A stretch of 64,000 nt of DNA, from positions 22,546 through 86,545 of IMG/VR virus record IMGVR_UViG_2868108522_000001, one strand, 5' to 3'. The translations under genes were made by a program, and so were the position numbers. Every line of letters starts with the position of its first letter. The stretch's first letter is position 1. The DNA comes from a virus. Its lineage: Duplodnaviria; Caudoviricetes. Below are positions 17,469 to 26,323 of this stretch, one piece after another. The notes beneath the pieces are model-generated. The model was not told the origin of the DNA. It made no database searches and saw only the letters and a program-made list of their open reading frames with translations.

Positions 17469-17969
17469 ATGCTGTTCAATCGAGACCCCGAGAAGGCCGA
17501 AGAGAAGGCTGCGCGCAAAGCCGAGAAGAAGCAGCAGCGAGACGAAGCGGCAGCGCAGCGGGCCAGCGAAAAGGAAGCCCTCAAAGAGTGGCGCCGCGTC
17601 CACCCGGCCGAGCAGACCATGAACACCGCGGCCATGCTGAAGATGTGGCCTTCTTCCAAGATGGGTGTCACCCAGCTTGGGCCGATCAAAGGCGGGTCCG
17701 CCGAGTTCATCAACGCCGGAGCCCACAGAGCCTGGACGGCTACCCGGCTCATCGCAGGCGTCGCCACCGCAGGCGTGACCGCCGCGGCGACTGGTCGGAA
17801 GAACAAGGGCGCCGCGGTCATCAACGTGACCTTCGGCAATGGGGCCGCCCAGACGTACACGGTCAAGCCTGAGCCGGCGTACCTGAAAGCGGCCAACCAG
17901 TACGTCACGGCGTTCAATGCCCTGGCCGCGCAGCTCGCCGAGGAAGACGACGAGGAGCCGCAGGGCTGA
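17469..17969 (+). CDS. Moron-like hypothetical protein
   Basis: Flanked by hairpins on both sides; TATRLIAGVATAG glycine-rich hydrophobic segment. Confidence 0.75.
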   Translation: MLFNRDPEKAEEKAARKAEKKQQRDEAAAQRASEKEALKEWRRVHPAEQTMNTAAMLKMWPSSKMGVTQLGPIKGGSAEFINAGAHRAWTATRLIAGVATAGVTAAATGRKNKGAAVINVTFGNGAAQTYTVKPEPAYLKAANQYVTAFNALAAQLAEEDDEEPQG

Positions 17970-17984
17970 GCACCGCAAACGCCC

Positions 17985-18016
17985 AGGCCCGGCTGCCCCG
18001 CAAGGCAGCCGGGCCT
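17985..18016 (+). terminator. Intrinsic terminator hairpin
   Basis: AGGCCCGGCTGCC / GGCAGCCGGGCCT. Confidence 0.7.
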
Positions 18017-18118
18017 ACGCATGCTCGCGTCGACTGTGCCATTGGCGTCGAGTGTCAACCCCGTAGTGCACCATTGGCTCAAGCGTCACCCTGCTTCCCG
18101 CGCCATGAGGAGCCTGCC

Positions 18119-18841
18119 GTGCACGACAACCCCACCACCGACCTCGACGGTTACGACTGGCCCGTCTGTGCCGCCCCGAACTGTGGGCGTCAGCTTTGGG
18201 CCAACGAGACCGGCCGCTGGGCCTGCCGCCCCTGTGAGGACGCGACGAGTCAGCGGATAGCCGATCTGCCCGCCCTGTTCCGCCAGCTCGACACCACGGC
18301 GATGCTGATGCGGGGCGCGCGCCGGCCCGGCGGATCCGGTGGCACCGGCAGCAAGACGCCGCCGATCCCGCCCCGGCTGGAAGTCCTTGCCCTGGTTGGG
18401 CCCGGCGGTGTCGCCGCGCGGTTGTCGGCGATTGAGGATGCGTGGCGGGCCGCGCTCGGCTGGACCGTCGCCCCGTGGCGCGGCAGCCCCGCGCAGGCAG
18501 TGCCGCACCTGATCGGCTTCCTGGCCAACAACCTCCTGTGGGCGTGCTCCAGCTACGAGGAGGTCGGGCAGGACATCGACGACCTGCGCCGTCTGCACGC
18601 GGAGTGCAAGGCGATCGTTGACGGTGACCGGCGTCCCGGCCGGGTCAAGATCGGCCTGTGCCCGGTGCGCGTCGACGACCAGCCGTGCGGGACGCCGTTG
18701 ACTGCGACCGCCGCCAGCCACCGCGTCCGCTGCCCCAGCTGCGGGACACGGTGGGAGACGCTGGGGGAATGGCGGGAACTCCGCGCCGCACAAGACGCCG
18801 TGACCGAACAGCAGGAGCAGCAGGAAGAGGTGGCCGCATGA
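18119..18841 (+). CDS. Actinophage Zn-ribbon protein (possible late regulator)
   Basis: CAAPNC...CRPC and CPV...CG...CPSCG motifs; GAGGAG RBS. Confidence 0.75.
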   Translation: MHDNPTTDLDGYDWPVCAAPNCGRQLWANETGRWACRPCEDATSQRIADLPALFRQLDTTAMLMRGARRPGGSGGTGSKTPPIPPRLEVLALVGPGGVAARLSAIEDAWRAALGWTVAPWRGSPAQAVPHLIGFLANNLLWACSSYEEVGQDIDDLRRLHAECKAIVDGDRRPGRVKIGLCPVRVDDQPCGTPLTATAASHRVRCPSCGTRWETLGEWRELRAAQDAVTEQQEQQEEVAA

Positions 18842-19155
18842 CGCCCAGACGTGTTTCGCGCCGCCCATACGGTTGCCCGCCTACCTTCCCGATGGGTGTC
18901 GAGAAGACCCGTAATCTCGAACTCGCGCAGGCGCAAGGCAGGCCCCTCGTAAGCACCTGCCCCCTGCACTCCTACCCAGCGCCAGACGATGCTGTGTGGG
19001 AGTTCGACGAAGTCCAAAGCGTATGGGTCGTCTCCTTCTACCCCTGCGAGCATCGTGGCTACCCGCAGTGGCCTGCTGCCAGCCATCTACTCGGCGAACC
19101 GGTAGCCCACGCCCCAAGGCGGCCCTGGTGGCGGCGGCTCATGGGCGCCAAGTGA
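18838..19155 (+). CDS. Hypothetical protein
   Basis: ATGA/GTGA coupling. Confidence 0.45.
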   Translation: MTPRRVSRRPYGCPPTFPMGVEKTRNLELAQAQGRPLVSTCPLHSYPAPDDAVWEFDEVQSVWVVSFYPCEHRGYPQWPAASHLLGEPVAHAPRRPWWRRLMGAK

Positions 19156-19385
19156 CTGCTCCGCTTCCGCACGCGGCGGACAGTCTGCCGATCGTGACCG
19201 CGAACGACGGGCAGCCGTACCTGCCGTGCGAAGCCGTCCTCGTCCTCCTGCGGGCCATCGCCGATTCCTGCCGGAACCTCGCCGACGACCCCGACTGCGA
19301 CCTTCACACCGCCGGGACCGCCATCGACATCGAAGCCGACACCCTCGAATTCCGCGCCATCGCAGCCACCCAGGAGACGTCGTGA
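19152..19385 (+). CDS. Hypothetical protein
   Basis: GTGA coupling. Confidence 0.6.
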   Translation: MTAPLPHAADSLPIVTANDGQPYLPCEAVLVLLRAIADSCRNLADDPDCDLHTAGTAIDIEADTLEFRAIAATQETS

Positions 19386-19774
19386 GCGACATCGCCGACT
19401 TCCTCCGCGCCCGGTACGCCGAACAGCGGGCGCTCGCCCTCGCGGCCAGCCCCGGACCATGGCAGGCCAACGACGAACACGACGAGGTGATCGCCGTCGA
19501 CGGCATCACCGTCGCCGAAGGGTTCGCACTCAGCGGGCGGCAACTGCGAGCCACCGTCGACCACATCGCCGCCCACAACCCGACCGCCGTCATCGCCGAC
19601 CTCGACGCCAAGCTCGCCATCGTCGACCTCATGGACCGGACACTCGTCGCGGCCGAAGGGGACACCGAAGTCGACCACTACGCCGGACTCAGTGCAGCAG
19701 AAGAGACCCTGTGCCGCCTCGCCCAACCGTTCGTCGAGCACCCCGACCACAAGGGCGAGGAATGGGCGCCGTGA
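19382..19774 (+). CDS. DUF6221-like protein
   Basis: FLRAR...PGPW...HIAAHNPTAVIAD.DAK..I...LAQPF.EHPD...W pattern. Confidence 0.75.
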   Translation: MSDIADFLRARYAEQRALALAASPGPWQANDEHDEVIAVDGITVAEGFALSGRQLRATVDHIAAHNPTAVIADLDAKLAIVDLMDRTLVAAEGDTEVDHYAGLSAAEETLCRLAQPFVEHPDHKGEEWAP

Positions 19775-19817
19775 GCGCCGTGAAGCAAGTAGAACCGTAG
19801 ACGGAAACTACGAGTAC

Positions 19818-19846
19818 TTGACTGAAAGTGCGAGTATCTGTAATCG
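19818..19846 (+). promoter_or_regulatory. Candidate late-operon promoter
   Basis: TTGACT-N17-TAATCG in an AT-rich gap preceding a long unidirectional operon. Confidence 0.45.
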
Positions 19847-19941
19847 TGATCCTTGATCGTGGAACACGAGTCACCACACGCTTCTGGAGCCCCCGCCGTG
19901 AACACCCCGGCGGGGGCCTTCTCGTATCCGGGGGAGGTGCT

Positions 19942-20223
19942 GTGGTCGCCTACCCCAACCCGCCACTGGACGAGATCCACTTTGCGCAGGTCGACGGCAA
20001 CGACGACATCGGTGACCTCTGGGAGGCCGCCAAGGTCGCCGAGGTGAAGCCCGGCACCATCCGCGTCTGGGTCACCCGAGGAAAGATCGAACCCATCCTC
20101 GATGGCGAAGCAGGCCAGTACTTCCACCTCCCCACCATCCGGGCAGCAGCAGAAGGCGGAGCCAAACACCGGCCTGCCGACCCCGCCGCCAACAGTCGCG
20201 GCCCCCACGCCCACGCCGCCTGA
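19942..20223 (+). CDS. MerR/excisionase-like HTH protein
   Basis: WEAAKVAEVKPGTIRVWVTRGKI. Confidence 0.7.
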   Translation: MVAYPNPPLDEIHFAQVDGNDDIGDLWEAAKVAEVKPGTIRVWVTRGKIEPILDGEAGQYFHLPTIRAAAEGGAKHRPADPAANSRGPHAHAA

Positions 20224-20506
20224 TCTCCCTGCGTGACGGCTCCCGCAGGGTCGGGCCTTGCAGCGCCCCCAGCGCTCGGCCCCCATGTCCGCCCGGCCTC
20301 TGTGGGGTGGCCGGGCGGACAACAACCCGCAGACGGGCGGCACGGTCACCGCCCCACGTCCCGCCGCCCGACACCCCCGTCCAGGCGGCGGGACACCCCA
20401 ACCCTCTGGAGGCTGCCGTGCCCGACGAATACCTGATCCGGCTCGAAGCCTCCGGCGAAGTCACCCCCGCACCCGACACGGAACCGTCTGAGACCGAGGA
20501 GGAGCA

Positions 20507-20905
20507 GTGACCGCAGGACTCGCCCCCAGCCTCGTCTCCGGCTGGCTCAACACCCTTCGCAGCGCAGGCACCGCCTACCCGGCAGTCGCCGGAACGTTCG
20601 CCCAACTCCACACCGGGGACCCCGGCGCCGCAGGCACCGCCAGCATCAGCGCCGGCTCCACCACCCGGAACAGCTTCACGTTCGCCGCCTCAGCCTCCGG
20701 GTCCGCTCTCGCCCTCAGTGGCGCGCCCGCCGCCTGGACCAACGGCGGCACCAGCGAAACCCTCACCCACATCTCCGTGTGGACCGCGGCCACCGGCGGC
20801 ACCTTCCTGTTCTCCGTCGCCCTCACCGCATCCAAAGCCTGGGCGGCAGCCGACCAGTTCACGCTCACCAGTCTGGGCGCGAGCCTCAGCCCGCAGTCCT
20901 CCTGA
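20507..20905 (+). CDS. Virion fibre/spike-associated protein A1
   Basis: QLHTGDPGAAGT...HISVWTAATGGTFL phage structural pattern; paralog of 22649-23032. Confidence 0.75.
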   Translation: MTAGLAPSLVSGWLNTLRSAGTAYPAVAGTFAQLHTGDPGAAGTASISAGSTTRNSFTFAASASGSALALSGAPAAWTNGGTSETLTHISVWTAATGGTFLFSVALTASKAWAAADQFTLTSLGASLSPQSS

Positions 20906-20924
20906 CCGCCTGGAGGCGTCGGCT

Positions 20925-22337
20925 GTGACGACGTACCTCGCCCAGGCCAACACCGGCGCCGACGCCCTCGCCACAGTCCGCACCGTCACCAAACCCGCCG
21001 GAGTCACCGCGGGTGCGGTCGGCGTGTTCTGGCTCGTCCGCTGGCACGAGTCCGGCAGCTTCCCTGCCGTTACCCCGCCAGCCGGAGCTGTTCTCCGCGG
21101 CACGATCACGACGGCCAGCATGCAAACCCAGTGCTACCTGCACCGGATCGCAGCCGAAACATCGTTCGCGTACTCGTGGACCAGTGGCCGTTGGTCCACC
21201 CTCGCCGCCGTCTGGTTCTCCGGCGTAGACCCCACCGCCGATCTCGCCACCGTGCCCTTCCAGTCGGCGACTGGCAGTGGCACCGCCATCGGCACCCTCA
21301 CCGTCACATCCAACGTGGACAGCGCGCTGGCCTGGCACGTCAACACCATCGACACCTCCGGCGTCACCCACCAGCCGCCCACCGGATTCACCGAAGTCGC
21401 CGACGTTTCGCCGTGGGCATCCGCCTACCGCATCACCGTCGCCAGCGGCAGCCAAGACGCCTCCGGCGCCACCGCCAGCCCCACCACCGCCTGGGCCGCC
21501 GGACTCGTCGCCCTCCCACCCGCCAGCACCGGCGGCGTGACCGGCGACGCCACGCTCGCTGGCACCGCCGGACTCTCCGCGGCAGGCATGCGCGGAAGAA
21601 CGGGCGGGGCAGGGCTCGCAAGCTCCGCCAATCTCGCGGCTGGCGGCGTGCGACGGACCAGCAGCACAGCTGCCGCGGCTGCGACCGCTGGGCTGACAGC
21701 AGCCGGCATGCGAGGCCTCTCCCAGACGGCCGAACTCGCCGCGACCGCCAGCCTGGACGCCGACGGGCACGCCACCGTCTCCGGCGACGCAAGCCTCGAA
21801 GCCGCAGCCGAACTAGCGGGCGCAGGGAAGCGGACCACCGCGGCCGGAGCAGGCGCCACCGCTGCCGTCGACCTTGTGTCCAGCGGCCTGGTCGGCCACC
21901 CCGGACAAGGCCAGCTCGCGGCAACCGCCGACCTCAAGGCCGCAGGACTACGCGCCACCACAACCGCGGCAGGACTCGCCAGCAGCGCGGCACTCACGGC
22001 CGACGGACTGGTCGGCTCGCCGCCCGTCACCGGCGCCGCAGCACTCTCCGCAGCCGGCGTCATCGCCGCGGCAGGCCGGCGCACGACCACGGGCCTGGCC
22101 GTCCTGCAAGCCACGGTGACGCTCACCGCGGCCGGAGCGGCAGCAGGTGCCAGCAGCGCCGGCCTCGCAGCCGCCGCGGTCCTGTCGGCGTCCGGTACGA
22201 CGTCGGGTAGCAGTGACGACATCGAGGTCATCGTCGGCGCCCCCTACAGTCCGTGGGCCGCCGGGCCGCCGCAAGCCTCCCTGTGGGCGTCCCGGCCGCC
22301 GCAGTCGAGCAGTTGGGAGGTGGGTGCCCCGTGGTGA
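20925..22337 (+). CDS. Fibre protein B1: N-terminal globular domain plus about 11 x 20-aa Ala/Gly/Thr repeats
   Basis: Repeats such as GDATLAGTAGLSAAGMRGRT; C-terminal DDIEVIVGAPYSPW. Confidence 0.75.
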   Translation: MTTYLAQANTGADALATVRTVTKPAGVTAGAVGVFWLVRWHESGSFPAVTPPAGAVLRGTITTASMQTQCYLHRIAAETSFAYSWTSGRWSTLAAVWFSGVDPTADLATVPFQSATGSGTAIGTLTVTSNVDSALAWHVNTIDTSGVTHQPPTGFTEVADVSPWASAYRITVASGSQDASGATASPTTAWAAGLVALPPASTGGVTGDATLAGTAGLSAAGMRGRTGGAGLASSANLAAGGVRRTSSTAAAAATAGLTAAGMRGLSQTAELAATASLDADGHATVSGDASLEAAAELAGAGKRTTAAGAGATAAVDLVSSGLVGHPGQGQLAATADLKAAGLRATTTAAGLASSAALTADGLVGSPPVTGAAALSAAGVIAAAGRRTTTGLAVLQATVTLTAAGAAAGASSAGLAAAAVLSASGTTSGSSDDIEVIVGAPYSPWAAGPPQASLWASRPPQSSSWEVGAPW

Positions 22338-22621
22338 TCCCCGCCTCGTCGACTGAGTACGTGCACGTCCCCGTCACCGCACCGGCGGGCACGGACCTCT
22401 CCGGGTCGCCGGTGAAGATCGCCGTGGTGGCGCACGGCGACAACCCGAGCGCCGACGAATGGATGACCGCGGAGTGGGCGGACGGGGTGGCCCGGCTCCT
22501 CGTCGGTCCCGACGGTGGTGCGGTCACCCTCACACGCAGCACCTACCGGGTGTGGATCACCTTCGATCCGCCCGGCGCCGAAAACCTCGTCCGGCTCGCA
22601 GGCTCCCTCACCATCAGCTGA
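22334..22621 (+). CDS. Small beta-rich adaptor C1
   Basis: ASSTEYV...ARLLVGPDGGAVTL...YRVW; paralog of 23870-24169. Confidence 0.75.
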   Translation: MIPASSTEYVHVPVTAPAGTDLSGSPVKIAVVAHGDNPSADEWMTAEWADGVARLLVGPDGGAVTLTRSTYRVWITFDPPGAENLVRLAGSLTIS

Positions 22622-22648
22622 CCTTCCAGCCCGAGGAGGGCAGTCGCC

Positions 22649-23032
22649 ATCGCAGACAACTTGAGCAACACGGCCGAGAACCGCACCGTCGACTGGCTCT
22701 TCGGCTCCTCCACGACCGCCCCGACGCTGCCGCTGAAGATGGCCCTCGTCACCGCGGCAGGCAGTGATGCCGCCGCGGGCACCGAGGTCACCGGCGGCTC
22801 CTACGCCCGCAAGAACATCTCCGTCGCCGCCGCAGTCAACGGAGCCGTCTCCAACTCTGCAGACCTCGTCTTCACCGGCATGCCCGCCTGCACTGTGGTC
22901 GGCTGGGAGATCTGGGACTCGGCCGGCACGCCGGTCCGCTGGTGCTATGGCCCGTTCGACGCGTCCAAGACCGTTGCCGCGGGGGACGAGTTCAAGGTCG
23001 CCGCAGGCGCGTGGACGTTCTCTGCGTCGTGA
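22649..23032 (+). CDS. Virion fibre/spike-associated protein A2 (start ATC 22649 or TTG 22661)
   Basis: GTEVTGGSYAR...SNSADLVF...IWDSAG pattern; GAGGAGG RBS is spaced for the ATC. Confidence 0.75.
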   Translation: MADNLSNTAENRTVDWLFGSSTTAPTLPLKMALVTAAGSDAAAGTEVTGGSYARKNISVAAAVNGAVSNSADLVFTGMPACTVVGWEIWDSAGTPVRWCYGPFDASKTVAAGDEFKVAAGAWTFSAS

Positions 23033-23042
23033 GGAGGCCCTG

Positions 23043-23879
23043 ATGCCGCTCCTCACCACCCTCCAGGACAATTTCAACGATGGCGTGATCGGCCCGAACT
23101 GGGGCGATTCCTACGGTGGTGTCACCGAGACCGGCGGTCAGGCTCGTGTGCCGCTGGTCGCTGGGGCCTACGCCGGCTACCAGACTGGTCGGGCGTGGAC
23201 GCTGGCGGGGGCGTCGATCTATCTGAAGACGCCGGTGCTGCCTGCGGCCTCGACGGGGACGGATGTCGGCGTCCACTTCATGATCACGTCTGCGGTGGAT
23301 GGCACCGGCATCGGCTTCAAAATCAACCGGGTCACCAGCAAGCTGCGCATGCAGTCGAACACGGACTACTTCGACGCTGGCGCCGTCGAGATCACCTACG
23401 ACGCCACGAACCACCTGTGGCTGCGGCTGCGTGAAGACGGCACCAACGTGTACTGGGACACCAGCCCCAACGGGACGACGTGGACCAACCGGCGCACCCT
23501 CGCCACCCCGGCCTGGATCACCGCCGCAGTCGACACCTGCGCGGTGGATCTGTTCTGCTACCGCGACGCCGGGACCACAGACTTCGCTGCTTACGACAAC
23601 GTCAATACGCTGTCGGACGGCGCGGTTGTCACCGGTACCGGCTCCGGCACCATGACCACCGCAGCGACTGGAACGGCGAAGCGCACCGCCACCGGAACCG
23701 GGGCAGGCATCGTCGACACCATGGCAGCCGTCACCGCGCAGGCCGTCTACCACGCCAGCGGGGCGGGCAGTGTCGACACCGACGCCACCGCCACCGCAGG
23801 CGGCACCGACCGCAACGACATCGACACCACCATCGGGCGCCCGCACAGCGGATGGGTGGTGAGCCGGCCGTGGAGGTAG
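23043..23879 (+). CDS. Fibre protein B2: lectin-like N-domain plus about 3 x 20-aa Thr/Ala repeats
   Basis: DNFNDG...HLWLRLREDG.NVYWDTSPNG..W beta-sandwich-like pattern; C-terminal NDIDTTIGRPHSGW. Confidence 0.75.
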   Translation: MPLLTTLQDNFNDGVIGPNWGDSYGGVTETGGQARVPLVAGAYAGYQTGRAWTLAGASIYLKTPVLPAASTGTDVGVHFMITSAVDGTGIGFKINRVTSKLRMQSNTDYFDAGAVEITYDATNHLWLRLREDGTNVYWDTSPNGTTWTNRRTLATPAWITAAVDTCAVDLFCYRDAGTTDFAAYDNVNTLSDGAVVTGTGSGTMTTAATGTAKRTATGTGAGIVDTMAAVTAQAVYHASGAGSVDTDATATAGGTDRNDIDTTIGRPHSGWVVSRPWR

Positions 23880-24169
23880 CCGCGTCGAGCACCGAGTATG
23901 TGCGGGTCACCGCCACCAGCAAGGCGGGCGGCACCCCGATCAGCCCGGCCGCTCCGCCGCAGTTCGCGTTCCAGCCCAGCTCGGTCACCGGCAACCCCGT
24001 GGAGGGGGACTGGTTGGCGGGGGAGTGGGCCAGCCCGCACGCCCGCATCCTCATCGGCCCTAACGGCGGCGCCGTGACCCTGGAGCCCGGCGAGTACCGG
24101 GTGTGGCTCACCTGGGCTGCCGGAGCCGAAACCCCGGTCTACCGGGCCGGAACGATCACCGTCTACTAG
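23870..24169 (+). CDS. Small beta-rich adaptor C2
   Basis: ASSTEYV...ARILIGPNGGAVTL...YRVW. Confidence 0.75.
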   Translation: MEVAASSTEYVRVTATSKAGGTPISPAAPPQFAFQPSSVTGNPVEGDWLAGEWASPHARILIGPNGGAVTLEPGEYRVWLTWAAGAETPVYRAGTITVY

Positions 24170-24183
24170 GAAGTGCCCGCGCC

Positions 24184-24894
24184 ATGGCCGACGACCTGCT
24201 CGTCATCATCCCCACCCGAGGCCGACCGCAAGCCGTCATGCCGATCGTCAGGGCGTGGCACGAGACCGGCGCGACGGCCGATCTGCTGTTCGCGGTCGAC
24301 ACTGACGACCCCGAGCTGTCCGCATACAAGCGCGAGGCGGCGAAGTTCAAGTCGGGCGGGCAGATCCGGTTCACGTTCGGCAAGCGGCGGCGGCTGGTCG
24401 GCACCCTCAACCAGCAGGCCGTGAAGGCGGCCAAGGACTACCGGTTCCTGGCGTTCATGGGTGACGATCACCGTCCCCGCCCCGCCGCGATGCCGTGGGA
24501 TGCCCGCATCCGCGAGTGCCTGTCGGGCGGGCCCGGCATCGTCTACGGCAACGACCTGCTGCAAGGCGAGAAGATGGCCACTGCCGTCGCCATGACCGCC
24601 GACATCGTCCGAACGCTGAACTACATGGCGCCGCCCAGCATGGTGCACCTGTGCGTCGACCTGGTGTGGGTCGACTGGGGGCGCGGCATGGGGCGGATCA
24701 CCTACCTCGACGACATGGTGATCGAGCACCTGCACCCGGCCGCGTCGAAGGCCGAACTCGATGCCGTGTACGAGGAGTGCAACAGCGAGCAGCAGGTGTC
24801 CGCCGACACGGCCGCCTACTACGAGTACCGCGACGGCGGCGGCCTCGAAGCCGACCTTGCCAAGCTGCGGAAGCTCATCGAGGAGGCGGCGTGA
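24184..24894 (+). CDS. GT-A (family 2-like) glycosyltransferase
   Basis: VIIPTRGRP N-terminus, AFMGDDH metal-binding motif, EHLHP. Confidence 0.8.
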   Translation: MADDLLVIIPTRGRPQAVMPIVRAWHETGATADLLFAVDTDDPELSAYKREAAKFKSGGQIRFTFGKRRRLVGTLNQQAVKAAKDYRFLAFMGDDHRPRPAAMPWDARIRECLSGGPGIVYGNDLLQGEKMATAVAMTADIVRTLNYMAPPSMVHLCVDLVWVDWGRGMGRITYLDDMVIEHLHPAASKAELDAVYEECNSEQQVSADTAAYYEYRDGGGLEADLAKLRKLIEEAA

Positions 24895-25157
24895 TCCTCG
24901 CCTGCAAGGGCTGCGGTCGTACCAAGCCTGCCCCCGACGGAACACCGAACGACATCCACCCATCCGAGCACTGCGGAAGTTGCCCGCCATGGGCATGCGA
25001 GACATGCGGGGAGACGTGCAGCGCCACAGCGTTGTGCTCGTGCTGGCTGCCGCTCGACGGAATGGCGCATGCCGATATCAAAGCCCTCTTCGCGGCCGAT
25101 GGCACGTTCAACCTCGGCGGACTGATCGGATCCAGGGGGAGCGATGGGCGTCCGTGA
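24891..25157 (+). CDS. Cys-rich hypothetical protein
   Basis: Multiple CxxC motifs; GTGA coupling. Confidence 0.5.
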   Translation: MILACKGCGRTKPAPDGTPNDIHPSEHCGSCPPWACETCGETCSATALCSCWLPLDGMAHADIKALFAADGTFNLGGLIGSRGSDGRP

Positions 25158-25440
25158 CCACGAAACGCCCCCCTCGACCTGGTGCGATTGGTGGACCGAA
25201 GTCCATGACCTCACCGCCGACATCTCCTACGGCTGGGTTCCGCCGGAACTGACAGCAGACCCCGGCGACCCCAACCCCTGGTTCTGGCACTGGTGCAGCC
25301 AGCAAGGGCAGTGGAATGCGCAGGCCGCGCCCGAGCACTCGCTCGTGGCGCGTCAGCCGCTGCACATGGAGCCGTCCCTTCTGTGGTCGTGCTGCGGGAC
25401 ACACGGATTCGTCCGCAACGGGGAGTGGGTATCAGCGTGA
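25144..25440 (+). CDS. DUF6527-like small metal-binding protein
   Basis: C-terminal PLHMEPSLLWSCCGTHGFVRNGEW. Confidence 0.55.
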   Translation: MGVRDHETPPSTWCDWWTEVHDLTADISYGWVPPELTADPGDPNPWFWHWCSQQGQWNAQAAPEHSLVARQPLHMEPSLLWSCCGTHGFVRNGEWVSA

Positions 25441-26042
25441 CCGCCGACGACGTCATCAAGGCATGGGACCAGGCCGACCCGACCGCGATCCACCCGCTGC
25501 GGCAGGTCTCCGAAGAGGCGTACTGGGAGGCCGGCCGCGCGCAGGCCGACATGCTCGCCACCGTCATCCCCGGCAACGCCAAGGTCATGGACTTCGGATG
25601 CGGTGACGGACGCGTCGCCATCCCCATGGCGGAATGGGGCTACGAGGTGACCGCAGTCGACGCCTCCCAGCGCATGCTCGACCGGCTGTGGAAGCGAGCC
25701 CCCGAACTGACCGCTGTCCAGGCCGACGCCGACGGCGTCGCCGCACACCTCGGCCGCCGCCGCATGGACGCCGTGTACTCCCTCGCCGTCCTCATCCACC
25801 ACAGCTACAGCGACTGCCTGCACATCATCGGCAAGCTGCGGGCCGCGACCAAGATCGGCGGCATCCTCGTCCTCGACTGGCCCGTCTCCGACCAGCCGGC
25901 CGAAGCCGACAGCTGGATCGGCGTCACCACCTGGTCCCGGCAGCAGCAGGCCGACGCGTGCGCCGAGATCGGGCTGGAGCCTGTCGACAGCGGCCTGCCG
26001 TGGGGCGTGTACCGGGCCGTCAAGGCAGGCGTGGGTACGTAA
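25437..26042 (+). CDS. Class I SAM-dependent methyltransferase
   Basis: Motif I VMDFGCGDGR, VTAVDAS, DAVYSLAVLIH, GGILVLD. Confidence 0.9.
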   Translation: MTADDVIKAWDQADPTAIHPLRQVSEEAYWEAGRAQADMLATVIPGNAKVMDFGCGDGRVAIPMAEWGYEVTAVDASQRMLDRLWKRAPELTAVQADADGVAAHLGRRRMDAVYSLAVLIHHSYSDCLHIIGKLRAATKIGGILVLDWPVSDQPAEADSWIGVTTWSRQQQADACAEIGLEPVDSGLPWGVYRAVKAGVGT

Positions 26043-26323
26043 TGGGCGACGCTCCTCCCCTGACGTGGGAAGAACTCAAGCCATTCGAGCAGGAACAAGG
26101 CGGCTACTGGTACTACCCGTCAGGCTGTGACGTTTACGGCAACGGCAAGGTGTGGGTCCGCGTCCCTCGCCCTGAGCAGCCTGGTGAGATGGTCGGCTTC
26201 AAGAACCGGCTCGGCCTCCTACTGCGGGATGTCGAAACGCGTGCGATAGAGACAGGCAATGCCGAGATGGCTGCCTTGGCTGCCCAGTTGAAGCAAGTGG
26301 GGGTCCGATGCGAGTCCTCCTGA
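26042..26323 (+). CDS. Hypothetical protein (lower GC)
   Basis: TAATG coupling. Confidence 0.45.
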   Translation: MGDAPPLTWEELKPFEQEQGGYWYYPSGCDVYGNGKVWVRVPRPEQPGEMVGFKNRLGLLLRDVETRAIETGNAEMAALAAQLKQVGVRCESS

